Shown here in pieces: positions 18,536 through 28,394 of a stretch of DNA of 64,000 bases. This stretch comes from a virus (taxonomy: Duplodnaviria > Heunggongvirae > Uroviricota > Caudoviricetes), in the IMG/VR virus record IMGVR_UViG_2541047959_000009; one strand, written 5' to 3'. A program made the position numbers and the translations under genes. Positions within the stretch are counted from its first letter, which is position 1. Each line of letters starts with the position of its first letter. The notes below the pieces were generated by a model. The model did no database searches and had not been told where the DNA came from. It was given only the letters and a program-made list of their open reading frames with translations.

Positions 18536-18567
18536 GGTGCCCCCTTAGAAAGTTCCCATAATTGAAC

Positions 18568-18810
18568 TTACTTACCAACAATGACGCGGAAGTTGGAATG
18601 ACCGAGGGATTCACGGACCTGATCAGTTTTGTACATCAGATAACGAAGGCTTACGCGGCCTTTATTTTTTTCTTTCTTGACCATGTACTTAGCAAGTTGA
18701 CCATGGTGAATTTTTTGGTAAACAGAGCCACGGGAAATGCCCTCCCACTCTGCGAACTCTGCAGGCGTAGCCATCTCTTTTGGTACACGAATTGAAATAT
18801 CAGTACTCAT
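18568..18810 (-). CDS. apl: 186 Apl-like excisionase/repressor (HTH)
   Basis: 80-aa ORF first in rightward operon, divergent from cI. Confidence 0.65.
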   Translation of the reverse strand: MSTDISIRVPKEMATPAEFAEWEGISRGSVYQKIHHGQLAKYMVKKEKNKGRVSLRYLMYKTDQVRESLGHSNFRVIVGK

Positions 18811-18931
18811 AGTGCAGTATCTCTTACTTTGTGTGCGTGTTAGTTCGTTTTAGCTCGTCTCTTTAACTCTCACATCAAGAGACACGAAGACATTACGATC
18901 TTGATTCAAGATTGTCAAATGGAGATTACCA
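18811..18931. promoter_or_regulatory. Divergent apl/cI switch region (pR/pL-type promoters and operators)
   Basis: 121-bp gap between divergent apl and cI, as in 186. Confidence 0.5.
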
Positions 18932-19564
18932 ATGTTAAACATCAGAATGGGTTCCGATACGGGAGGTAAGGCAGCTATTGAGAGGCTGCTTGAGGCTTAT
19001 GGATTCACAACTAAGCAGGCATTAAGCGAGCACCTGAATGTCTCAAAAAGTACTATGGCAAACAGAGTGTTACGTGACAGTTTTCCTGCTGACTGGATAA
19101 TTCAGTGTGCACTAGAAACCGGTGTTTCGTTACTTTGGTTAGCCACTGGACAGGGAAGCATGAAAGAAGGATACGAGTCTGAGAAAAGATCTCATAACGA
19201 GAACAAACAAGCAATTAAACCGTTATCCAAACTCATAACTCCATCTATTCCTAAAGGAACCTTGGAAAATGGACAACTCAGTATTGATGAAGAGATTTTC
19301 CTAGACCACAGCATATTACCTGCAGATTATGAAGAATCGATGTTCTTAGAAACCCCTACTGATTGTTATCTCATCGATAAATCAGTTAAACAAGTCAGCA
19401 ATGGATTCTGGCTTATCAATATTGATGGAATGATTATTATTGCAAAAATCATGCGGATTCCCGGCAATAAGATTGTAGTAAATCAAGATGAAGCGTCTTT
19501 CGAGTGCTCTGCCGATGATGTGGAAGTTATTGGGCGTGCAGTCAAAGTAATAAAGAGTATCTAA
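18932..19564 (+). CDS. cI: 186 CI-like immunity repressor
   Basis: 210-aa ORF upstream of and co-oriented with int (cI-int operon as in 186). Confidence 0.8.
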   Translation: MLNIRMGSDTGGKAAIERLLEAYGFTTKQALSEHLNVSKSTMANRVLRDSFPADWIIQCALETGVSLLWLATGQGSMKEGYESEKRSHNENKQAIKPLSKLITPSIPKGTLENGQLSIDEEIFLDHSILPADYEESMFLETPTDCYLIDKSVKQVSNGFWLINIDGMIIIAKIMRIPGNKIVVNQDEASFECSADDVEVIGRAVKVIKSI

Positions 19565-19566
19565 AC

Positions 19567-20586
19567 ATGACTGTCAGAAAACAGCCAAACGGTAAATGGT
19601 TGTGCGAGTGCTATCCCAATGGACGCAATGGCAAGCGCGTGCGTAAGCAATTTGCTACGAAAGGCGAAGCCATTGCTTTTGAAAGCTTCACAATGGAAGA
19701 AGTGAACAAAAAACCATGGCTGGGGGAAAAGGAAGATCGGCGACACCTATCAGAATTAATTGAGCAGTGGTATTCCCTGTATGGTCAAACACTCGCAGAC
19801 CCCAAGCGCCTCATAGCGAAACTTAGAATTATCTGTAATGGTCTAGGCGATCCCATCGCTTCAGAACTGACAGCCGGTGACTTTACGAAATACCGCGAAG
19901 CACGGTTAAAAGGTGAAGTACGAAATGAAGATGGCACGTTTATGTCGCCCGTTAAGCCCCGCACGGTAAACCTTGAACAGCGCAATCTATCATCTGTTTT
20001 TGGTACACTGAAAAAGCTGGGCCACTGGTCAGCCCCCAACCCGCTTGCTGGGCTGCCAACATTTAAAATTGCTGAGAGTGAATTGGCGTTCCTGACCCCG
20101 GAAGAAATTAAACGTCTGCTGGATGCCTGCGCCGATTCTCAAAGCTCCAGCCTGCTTTTGATTGCAAAAATATGCCTGGCCACCGGCGCACGCTGGAGCG
20201 AAGCCGAAAACCTGCAGAGTCATCAGGTATCAAAATACCGTATCACTTATACCAAGACCAAAGGCAAGAAAAACCGAACTGTGCCTATTTCTAAGGATTT
20301 ATATGAAGAACTGCCTAAGAATAGGGGGAAGTTATTCACCCCATGCAGAAAAGCCTTTGAGCGTGCAGTAAAGCGAGCCGGTTTAGAACTACCAGAAGGC
20401 CAATGTACCCATGTTCTGCGCCATACATTTGCCAGTCATTTTATGATGAACGGTGGAAATATACTGGTACTGCGCGATATTCTTGGACATGCCGATATAA
20501 AAATGACGATGATTTACGCTCATTTTTCCCCAGATCATCTTGAAGATGCAGTAACTAAAAACCCATTAGCAACCTTGATGGATTAA
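19567..20586 (+). CDS. int: Tyrosine integrase (P2/186 family)
   Basis: 339-aa ORF; C-terminal R...HxLRHT...Y catalytic pattern (VLRHTFAS, IYAHF). Confidence 0.85.
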   Translation: MTVRKQPNGKWLCECYPNGRNGKRVRKQFATKGEAIAFESFTMEEVNKKPWLGEKEDRRHLSELIEQWYSLYGQTLADPKRLIAKLRIICNGLGDPIASELTAGDFTKYREARLKGEVRNEDGTFMSPVKPRTVNLEQRNLSSVFGTLKKLGHWSAPNPLAGLPTFKIAESELAFLTPEEIKRLLDACADSQSSSLLLIAKICLATGARWSEAENLQSHQVSKYRITYTKTKGKKNRTVPISKDLYEELPKNRGKLFTPCRKAFERAVKRAGLELPEGQCTHVLRHTFASHFMMNGGNILVLRDILGHADIKMTMIYAHFSPDHLEDAVTKNPLATLMD

Positions 20587-20590
20587 GCAC

Positions 20591-21814
20591 ATGCGCAACA
20601 TTATCGAATTAGAACAGATATCGGAAGAACTAAAAAAACATGAACTATTGCAACCCCCATTCATTGCCGAGGGAAAACTAATTTCTGACTTTTCTAAGAG
20701 AGTCGAGTGCTATTTAGAATTAATTGACTCCATTAGAAATAAATATCCTGACAACGAGATAATTAAACAAGTAAAGATTCGCACAAAATCAATAATATAT
20801 TTATCTGATAAAATAATAGAAACTCTTAAGCTATTTTTAATAGGAAATGTTAAAGAAGCTTATAAAAAATTCGATTTGGCAATTACCAAGTCATCAATGC
20901 ATACTCATCTTTATAAGATGACTGTTCCTCTAACTAAATTATGCAACCCACACACCCCTTTATTTCGCGTAAGGAAAAGTGAGTGCATCCTAAAACAAAG
21001 AGAAGAATTATTTCATATACCATTTAAAAATAGACATTTAGTTAGCGCACAAAGATTTTCTGTATCCGGTCTTCCATGTTTATATCTTGGAACATCAATA
21101 TTTGTATGTTGGCAAGAAATGGGAAAACCTGACTTTGATAAACTTTACATATCTTCCTTCATATCCGATAAAGAAAATTCAAATATAAGAATTTTAGATC
21201 TTGGGTACAATTTAACATCTGCACTTCGTACAAAACCGGGAGATCTTTGGTATTCATTCGAACAAGGTTCAGATGATGATTACGATCTAAATAATGATAA
21301 TTTCATGGATCAAATTAATGATAAAATTTCAAAGTTGATTGCATGGCCTTTAGTCCTTGCATGTAACTATACAAAAGATAATGAAAACGCAAGTTTTAAT
21401 AAAGAATACATAATACCAAACCTATTAATGCAATGGATTAGTAGTGACAGAAACAAAAATATATCAGGGATATCGTATCGATCAACAAAGATATTAAACC
21501 AAAAAGATAGCGATATTGGGATTAATGTAATTATCCCCCCAAAAATAGAAAACATAGTTGAAACCAATGATACCCACTGTCCTGTTTTAAAAAAAATATT
21601 TAGAGTTACAAACCCTGTTTCCTGGACTGTGTTTAGTACACTAGAAGCCACCCCCTATCTATACAAAAATAATTTTAATTTTTCGACCTATAATCCCGCA
21701 AAAGGATGGATTGAAGACTTTGATGAATCCCTTGTTGAACATTATGAAAATACCACTTTTAGAAAAGTTGAACTCCTTATTCATCAAATGATGAAGTATG
21801 AATATTTAAAATAA
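20591..21814 (+). CDS. RES-domain-like protein (putative NAD-targeting toxin fold), AT-rich cargo after int
   Basis: 407-aa ORF 4 bp after int stop; segment SAQRFSVSGLPCLYLGTSIFVCWQEMG matches the RES Arg/Ser/Glu signature as I recall. Confidence 0.5.
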   Translation: MRNIIELEQISEELKKHELLQPPFIAEGKLISDFSKRVECYLELIDSIRNKYPDNEIIKQVKIRTKSIIYLSDKIIETLKLFLIGNVKEAYKKFDLAITKSSMHTHLYKMTVPLTKLCNPHTPLFRVRKSECILKQREELFHIPFKNRHLVSAQRFSVSGLPCLYLGTSIFVCWQEMGKPDFDKLYISSFISDKENSNIRILDLGYNLTSALRTKPGDLWYSFEQGSDDDYDLNNDNFMDQINDKISKLIAWPLVLACNYTKDNENASFNKEYIIPNLLMQWISSDRNKNISGISYRSTKILNQKDSDIGINVIIPPKIENIVETNDTHCPVLKKIFRVTNPVSWTVFSTLEATPYLYKNNFNFSTYNPAKGWIEDFDESLVEHYENTTFRKVELLIHQMMKYEYLK

Positions 21815-21930
21815 GAGTGGCGGCATAATGGCGGCAAAGAGTTAAAAACACATAAAACAAGGTAATACATCGTAAACTTAAGTGATTGAAAATTAACATA
21901 AATAGTTGTTTTGCAACATGTTATAATGGT

Positions 21931-21975
21931 ATGTAGGAATTTCGGACGCGGGTTCAACTCCCGCCAGCTCCACCA
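21931..21975 (+). other. 45-nt copy of the ssrA (tmRNA) 3-prime end: prophage attachment core
   Basis: atgtaggaatttcggacgcgggttcaactcccgccagctccacca matches the remembered E. coli ssrA 3-prime end; upstream is unrelated AT-rich DNA. Confidence 0.7.
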
Positions 21976-22104
21976 ATCATGATTGGACGGTGTAAGGACA
22001 ACACCAACAAAAACAGGAAGTTAGAAGTCTCAGCAGGACACCGACCAGACGGTGAGGAGACATAAAAGGATACGCAAAGGAGCCGCGGCTCCGAAGTGAA
22101 ATGA

Positions 22105-22129
22105 AAGCCCGCTGATGCGGGCTTTTTTG
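22105..22129 (+). terminator. Rho-independent terminator
   Basis: agcccgc tgat gcgggct followed by tttttt. Confidence 0.6.
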
Positions 22130-22360
22130 CTTCTTCTCTTTAGCCTGATTCGACACTCTCAATGCGGCCATAAACAACAACCCACTTTTCTTATACCGTA
22201 GCCTGTCCCCCTCTTCCTGCTTTCTAACCATAACAGATGTGAGCGTTTGCTATGAGCGATATATAGTCATTCGTACCCTCCGATACTAATCATCACAGAA
22301 ATTAATATATTCATTCCTTACTGAAAAGCTATGAAGTAGATATATAGGATTGGGGCGCGT

Positions 22361-22558
22361 ATGGCACTGGACAGTTATGCATCTCCGAATATTATTCCGG
22401 AGCTAAGACAACCGAATGCCGCAGCAGGTAAGATCACGCTAGGGGGGCTGGACAGAATGGCTGTTACGCCCAGTGTGAAGAAAAGAAGGCTAAGTATGGT
22501 AGAATTTCCATACGCACAGACCTTGTTATCCGACTATACAGCCTGGAAGGCACTATGA
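22361..22558 (+). CDS. Small ORF upstream of and overlapping the nuclease-like gene (uncertain)
   Basis: 65-aa ORF with ATGA stop-start overlap with the next gene. Confidence 0.3.
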   Translation: MALDSYASPNIIPELRQPNAAAGKITLGGLDRMAVTPSVKKRRLSMVEFPYAQTLLSDYTAWKAL

Positions 22559-23343
22559 CAAATCTACAACTGGAAGAAAGATTTAGGGCGCTTGAGAAAG
22601 ATTACGATGCGCTCATTTCCACAAAATATACTGCGCAGAACGTTCTCACTCACACTATGGAAACCTATGTTGATTCTGGTAAATATAAAAACTGGATCGC
22701 CAGAGTGAAAAAGTTAATAGAGGACAGCTACGGAAAAGAGTCTGATTATTACAATGACTTCAATACTGTAAACAGCAGGTGGTCTTCTAATTACAATACA
22801 CTGATCAAAAGTTATAAACCGTTGTTTGATGCGGCGAGAGATGATCTTGCGCACTCTGCTGTCAGTACTAATACTCCTCAAGAAGGTTCGCCGCTGAGCC
22901 TCGTACTTAATATTCTTAACAGGTTTCCGACCTTTGTTCGCCAGTTAAAGAGGCGGTACAACGGCCGTGCGCCGCTTGAAGTTAATGATGAGTATGACGT
23001 ACAGGATTTGATTTATGCACTGCTGACGCTTCATTTTAATGATATTAGGGCGGAAGAGTATACCCCCAGCTTTGCGGGCGCGGCCTCAAGACAGGACTTT
23101 CTTTTGAAAAAAGAGAAAATTGTGATAGAGGTGAAGAAAACCCGTGAATCTCTGGGAGCGGGTAAAGTTGGTGGAGAGTTGCTTATTGATATGGCGCGCT
23201 ACCGCGCTCACCAAGACTGCGATACGTTGATCTTGTTTGTATATGACCCGGATTGCTACATAAATAATCCTTTGGGCGTGAAAACCGATCTGGAATCTAA
23301 AGACGCGGAAGGAAAAGTGAAGGTTGTTATTGCGCAGTTCTGA
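22555..23343 (+). CDS. PD-(D/E)xK nuclease-like protein (putative restriction-endonuclease fold)
   Basis: 262-aa ORF; C-terminal EYDVQD...RQDFLLKKEKIVIEVKK fits D...D/E-x-K; helical N-terminal domain. Confidence 0.55.
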   Translation: MTNLQLEERFRALEKDYDALISTKYTAQNVLTHTMETYVDSGKYKNWIARVKKLIEDSYGKESDYYNDFNTVNSRWSSNYNTLIKSYKPLFDAARDDLAHSAVSTNTPQEGSPLSLVLNILNRFPTFVRQLKRRYNGRAPLEVNDEYDVQDLIYALLTLHFNDIRAEEYTPSFAGAASRQDFLLKKEKIVIEVKKTRESLGAGKVGGELLIDMARYRAHQDCDTLILFVYDPDCYINNPLGVKTDLESKDAEGKVKVVIAQF

Positions 23344-23378
23344 CACGCTTAAGTGTCACCTTACAGGATTAGGTTTGC

Positions 23379-23423
23379 GGCCGTGCCAGCAGGACGAGCA
23401 TGAAAAAGGCCGCTGGCACGGCC
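23379..23423. terminator. Hairpin between convergent genes
   Basis: ggccgtgccagc ... gctggcacggcc 12-bp stem. Confidence 0.4.
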
Positions 23424-23430
23424 GGATTTG

Positions 23431-23724
23431 TCATCTTTGCCAGGTCAAATCAAAATCTACGTGAAAATCCGCAGGCTTAAGCTCGCAACTGCCACCACGC
23501 CCAATTAACGACGTTATGTTTACAACGTTTGAACCTGTTGAGATGGCAAGTTGAGTGTCATCTGTAAACGTGATGATTAGCATTTCAGTCTGATGAACCT
23601 GTACTCCAGTTTTCTGAAAACCAATCTGGACAGATTTCACCGTTTTCCCAACCATTTCACGGGCTTGATTGATAGAGTAATTAGCTTCAACTTGTAGGTC
23701 ATTCCTGAACTTGGGTAGTGTCAT
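23431..23724 (-). CDS. Hypothetical 97-aa protein
   Basis: ORF with AAGAGGATG RBS. Confidence 0.45.
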   Translation of the reverse strand: MTLPKFRNDLQVEANYSINQAREMVGKTVKSVQIGFQKTGVQVHQTEMLIITFTDDTQLAISTGSNVVNITSLIGRGGSCELKPADFHVDFDLTWQR

Positions 23725-23934
23725 TTTACATCCTCTTTAGTGAAGTTTTCGCTATTTAAATCAGCAGCATTCCTTTTAAATCACTGGCATGTCAGCAGTG
23801 GATAGTCTGAGTGTAACGTCCAGTGAGGGGAATAAATATTGGTCAGACTTTGCACAAAAGAGCCAACTATCGCGGGCTCTCTCTCATCATGTGCGAAAAT
23901 TGACCACAATATGAAATCCAGTTCCATTCCGAAA

Positions 23935-24759
<825 letters not shown>

Positions 24760-24865
24760 TCAATTGACAACTTATAATCCCTACTAGTTAGCATTATGAT
24801 TTCCAGAGTGAGGAATATAAAAATCTCTGTTTCTGGCACATAACAGCCCTTAAGATCGTAGCTCG

Positions 24866-24915
24866 CCATCATGGGGTGTCGGGGGGCGGAGGTTCAAATC
24901 CTCTCGTGCCGACCA
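24866..24915 (+). other. 3-prime fragment of a tRNA-Pro(UGG)-like gene (att-like remnant), not an intact tRNA
   Basis: catggggtgtcggggggcggaggttcaaatcctctcgtgccgacca matches remembered proM 3-prime half; no complementary 5-prime acceptor strand upstream. Confidence 0.55.
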
Positions 24916-24928
24916 AAAATCCCTTAAG

Positions 24929-24955
24929 AACCAGCCTATTATGGCTGGTTTTTTT
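24929..24955 (+). terminator. Rho-independent terminator after the tRNA-Pro fragment
   Basis: aaccagcc tattat ggctggtt then ttttt. Confidence 0.6.
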
Positions 24956-25156
24956 ATGATTGTTTTTTATGCGGAGAAATACCGGGGAATAATTGGGGTA
25001 AAACACCTTTAGGCTATTCACTTAGCCTACCACCATCAAAATCTTTCCGAATGTATCCATCTCTTTTTTCTTATGCAGCTAAAACGAAGTCTTGATACTG
25101 TTTATTTACACAGATAAGAATAATACTGTCTACAAACGCAGTACAAAAGAAGTGTT

Positions 25157-25335
25157 ATGCGTATTGAGATCTCCATAGCCAAAGACAAAATGACCAAATG
25201 CCAAACGGCGCTGTGGACGCGTTAAAGGAAGAATTAACCCAACACATTGGCAAGCGTTATGACGATGTGGAGATGATCGTAAAAGCCACCAGCAACGATA
25301 GTTTTTCAGTTAGACATACTGCAGATAAAGATTGA
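25157..25335 (+). pseudogene. dinI-like gene disrupted by a frameshift
   Basis: [11 protein letters not shown]... stops after 22 codons; the DinI-like remainder ...[37 protein letters not shown] is in another frame. Confidence 0.45.
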
Positions 25336-25759
25336 GCTAAAACTTTCGTTCAGGAAACTCTGAATGATACCTGAGAGTCTACTGAAGAGTTGTTTGTTCA
25401 CTAGTTAGCACGTAGGAAATCATTCAATACTCGCACTATCGGAAGTTCACCAGCCAGTCGTAGCACGTCCTTGCAAACGACGTGCCTACGGTTTCAATCA
25501 CCTCTCACCATCAATTCTATCAATAATAATTAAACAGCGCCTAGACAAAATAAATAACAACAAGTCAACAACCTCGACAGGATGCCGATGGGATGATGAA
25601 GAGATAAGAAAGAATAACCAGTAAAGCCCTAAAACGTCAGCGTTCAGACGCGTTTTTTACTTAATCGGTAACAAATACGTTGTATCATAGCAAAATAAAA
25701 TGATTGTTCTAAATCAGATTAACTCCTCACTTTTGTACAATGTCGCTTACAGGTATACC

Positions 25760-27649
25760 ATGAAATCCGAGACGCTAACTGTCCAACAACTTTTTCAAGA
25801 CCGCCGACAATACTGTGTTCCATTCTATCAACGTGCCTATGTATGGACTCAGCAAGACCAGTGGTCAGCTCTACTGGAGGATATCCTAGAGAAAGTACAA
25901 TCCCGGCTCTCGGGTACAAAACCAACTCCCCATTTCCTTGGTGCGGTTGTACTGGAACCTCAATCAAAAAAAGGATTATTAGGTGTAGATTCCATACATA
26001 TTATTGATGGTCAGCAACGATTGACCACTCTTCAATATGTTCTGGCATCCATCCGATTAGCATTACGTGCTACGGATCTTTCCAGCTTAGAGGCTCTCAT
26101 TTCGCCTTGCCTGAAAAACTCAAACGAAGACACAATGCGAAATAAAGAAGTAGAACGCTTCAAACTGTGGCCAACTTTTCGGGATCAAACTCATTTTATT
26201 CAAAGTTTTAATGTTGAAAATATTGACGATCTCCGGGACGTATTCTCTGATAGTTTCACGCAGCATGGTACGTTGCGTAAGCATTTTAATCACCCGCCAT
26301 CACTAGAAGCATTATGTTTTTTTACTGAAGCCTTTATAAAATGGATTAAAATAGAAAACCACTCACCACAAGAAAATGCTGTAGCTCTAATTGAGGCTGT
26401 CTTAACAGATCTGAAACTGGTAAGCATATTTCTCGAAGCTGAAGATGATGCCCAAATAATTTTTGAAACATTAAATGGGCGAGGGGCGGAACTTCATGCT
26501 ACGGATCTTATTCGCAACTATATCTTTATGTGCGCTGAGCATGAAAATATTAATGCTATTGAATTATATGAAAATGAGTGGAAGAGCTTTGAAGATAAAT
26601 ACTGGTCGGAAAAACAACGCCGTGGACGTATTAATAAACCACGCATGGAGTGGCTAGTACATGCGACATTGCAATCAGAAAGGCAACGTGAAATTGATCT
26701 GTCTCGCCTTTACAATGAGTATCGTGATTATGTAAGTAAGGACTTGTCTTCACAACGAGCAGATCTGCAAGTAAAGCGCCTCAAACAATATGCATCACAA
26801 TATAAAGAATTGGTTGATGGTTTTGGCACAACCCCCATCTCACACTTTGGATATCGCATCGCAGACTATGATGTGACGACACTTTATCCGCTTGCTTTGT
26901 TCATTTCGATAGCTAACATCGCTGATGATGAGAAAGCAGCCATGTATAATGATCTTGTCTCCTACGTAGTACGAAGAGCCGTATGTGGCCTGACGCCAAA
27001 GAATTACAACAATGTATTTATGAATGTATTGCGGCACTTGGCTAAAACGGAAATTTCCAGTGTTGAGTTACGTAATATCCTCAATAACTTAAATGGCGAA
27101 GCCTCACGTTGGCCTGGTGACTCAGAATTTCTCAACGCTTGCATCAATGCTCCACTTTATCCTGGCAGGCTCGACGCACCGAAAATGCGCTCAATGTTAA
27201 CGGAACTTGAAAGAGAACTTTGTCGCCAAGTAAAGACAGAAAAGCCTGATGTTCCAAATCTTTCTAATCTCGATATCGATCATCTTATGCCTCAAAGTTG
27301 GTATTCCTGTTGGCCTCTCGAAAATGGTCGTATGGTGACAAATTCAGATGCTACGGTATTGAACCAAATTGTTCTGTCTGGAACCGATCTTACCCCTGAA
27401 CAGCTACTGGTAAGGAAACGGCAACAAGCGATATCTACTTTGGGAAATCTAACTTTGCTTAACCTTAGCGTAAACCGTTCTGTTCAGAATGCTGTATTTC
27501 TGAAAAAACGTGATGCTCTCATCGTCCACACCAATCTACGACTGAACATTCCACTTATAGTTAAGGATAAATGGGATGAGGATGAAATCCTGGAGCGGGG
27601 TAAAAAGTTGGGGGAAATTGCATTGAAAGTATGGCCAAAACACGATTAA
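25760..27649 (+). CDS. GmrSD-family type IV restriction endonuclease-like protein (DUF262 + DUF1524)
   Basis: N-terminal QRAYVW and IIDGQQRLTTL; C-terminal DIDHLMPQS...GNLTLLN His-Me finger; ORF opens at 25700 but AGGT RBS favours ATG 25760. Confidence 0.75.
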   Translation: MKSETLTVQQLFQDRRQYCVPFYQRAYVWTQQDQWSALLEDILEKVQSRLSGTKPTPHFLGAVVLEPQSKKGLLGVDSIHIIDGQQRLTTLQYVLASIRLALRATDLSSLEALISPCLKNSNEDTMRNKEVERFKLWPTFRDQTHFIQSFNVENIDDLRDVFSDSFTQHGTLRKHFNHPPSLEALCFFTEAFIKWIKIENHSPQENAVALIEAVLTDLKLVSIFLEAEDDAQIIFETLNGRGAELHATDLIRNYIFMCAEHENINAIELYENEWKSFEDKYWSEKQRRGRINKPRMEWLVHATLQSERQREIDLSRLYNEYRDYVSKDLSSQRADLQVKRLKQYASQYKELVDGFGTTPISHFGYRIADYDVTTLYPLALFISIANIADDEKAAMYNDLVSYVVRRAVCGLTPKNYNNVFMNVLRHLAKTEISSVELRNILNNLNGEASRWPGDSEFLNACINAPLYPGRLDAPKMRSMLTELERELCRQVKTEKPDVPNLSNLDIDHLMPQSWYSCWPLENGRMVTNSDATVLNQIVLSGTDLTPEQLLVRKRQQAISTLGNLTLLNLSVNRSVQNAVFLKKRDALIVHTNLRLNIPLIVKDKWDEDEILERGKKLGEIALKVWPKHD

Positions 27650-27899
27650 TGCAATTAATAAAATGATTATAGTGGCCTTACATTAGTAAGGCCGCTACTC
27701 ACTATTAAATACTTTAATTTGCATCAAGAACAGCAGTGTCAGCCCTAGGTCTCGGACTTTGTACCGCTTATCTTGTCTTCAAAAATCAGCTCGCATCCTG
27801 CACAGTTCAGCGCATTACGTTGTAGATCTGTGTTCTGGTCATTTGTTGACACACGTACATAGCCAATAAGCATGGTAGATCTCCCTGACAAAAGCAGGA

Positions 27900-28196
27900 A
27901 TGATGCCATTTGCTCGTTATTTCTGCATTTTCATAAACGTTGGTTTGGGAGAAGGCGCTGCATGGCCTGTGGGCGTCGCTGATAAACAGACCCCAGACAC
28001 ATCGCTCAGGACGGGTCTGAGATGCAACGGAACGGCTGTGATTGGTGAACCTTACCGGGAAATCATTCAGACTGATCCGGTAAGTATAAGGCGCGAATTG
28101 CCTATGAATGGAATGACTGACAGTGCTGATGGGCGCGGAGGTGATAATAGGCGTTCTGTGGTCTCAGCACCATTGCCAACTGTATTTACTATTTAG
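27900..28196 (+). pseudogene. 5-prime-truncated copy of the tail-fibre constant-region 3-prime end (left arm of mirrored cassette)
   Basis: ...GLGEGAAWPVGVADKQTPD...LRCNG...VVSAPLPTVFTI parallels the C-terminus of the fibre gene at 29612-30157; in-frame stop at 27876. Confidence 0.5.
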
Positions 28197-28200
28197 GTGC
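28176..28200. repeat. Left copy of 25-bp inverted repeat at the fibre junction
   Basis: ccaactgtatttactatttaggtgc; 24/25 identical to the reverse complement of 29608-29632. Confidence 0.6.
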
Positions 28201-28394
28201 TGGTAGCTATCCTCTTGGGATCTTCGAGAGGTTCAGGTGCTATATTCAGTAATATAGTAGGGTCAGGCGCAACCGGGGTTAGCATTACCGTCGCCGTCAG
28301 TAGGAATAATACCGTTGTGGGCACAGTGGCCGTACCACTGATTGCAACCTGTCCTTCCAATACCAGAGTCTCCGCTATAGTGATAGCACGGTAA
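28197..28394 (+). CDS. Short glycine-rich tail-fibre distal segment (Sv-prime-like), GTG start after in-frame TAG
   Basis: 65 codons in frame with upstream fragment; GSGAIFSNIVGSGATGV...RNNTVVGT homologous to the minus-strand counterpart. Confidence 0.4.
   Translation: MLVAILLGSSRGSGAIFSNIVGSGATGVSITVAVSRNNTVVGTVAVPLIATCPSNTRVSAIVIAR

Noticed and set aside
21600-21975. Intact ssrA (tmRNA) gene
   Set aside because: Only the terminal 45 nt match ssrA; upstream sequence is the AT-rich 3-prime end of a protein-coding cargo gene.
24839-24915. Intact tRNA-Pro gene
   Set aside because: Only the 3-prime half matches; no 5-prime acceptor strand complementary to cgtgccg within the expected 77 nt.
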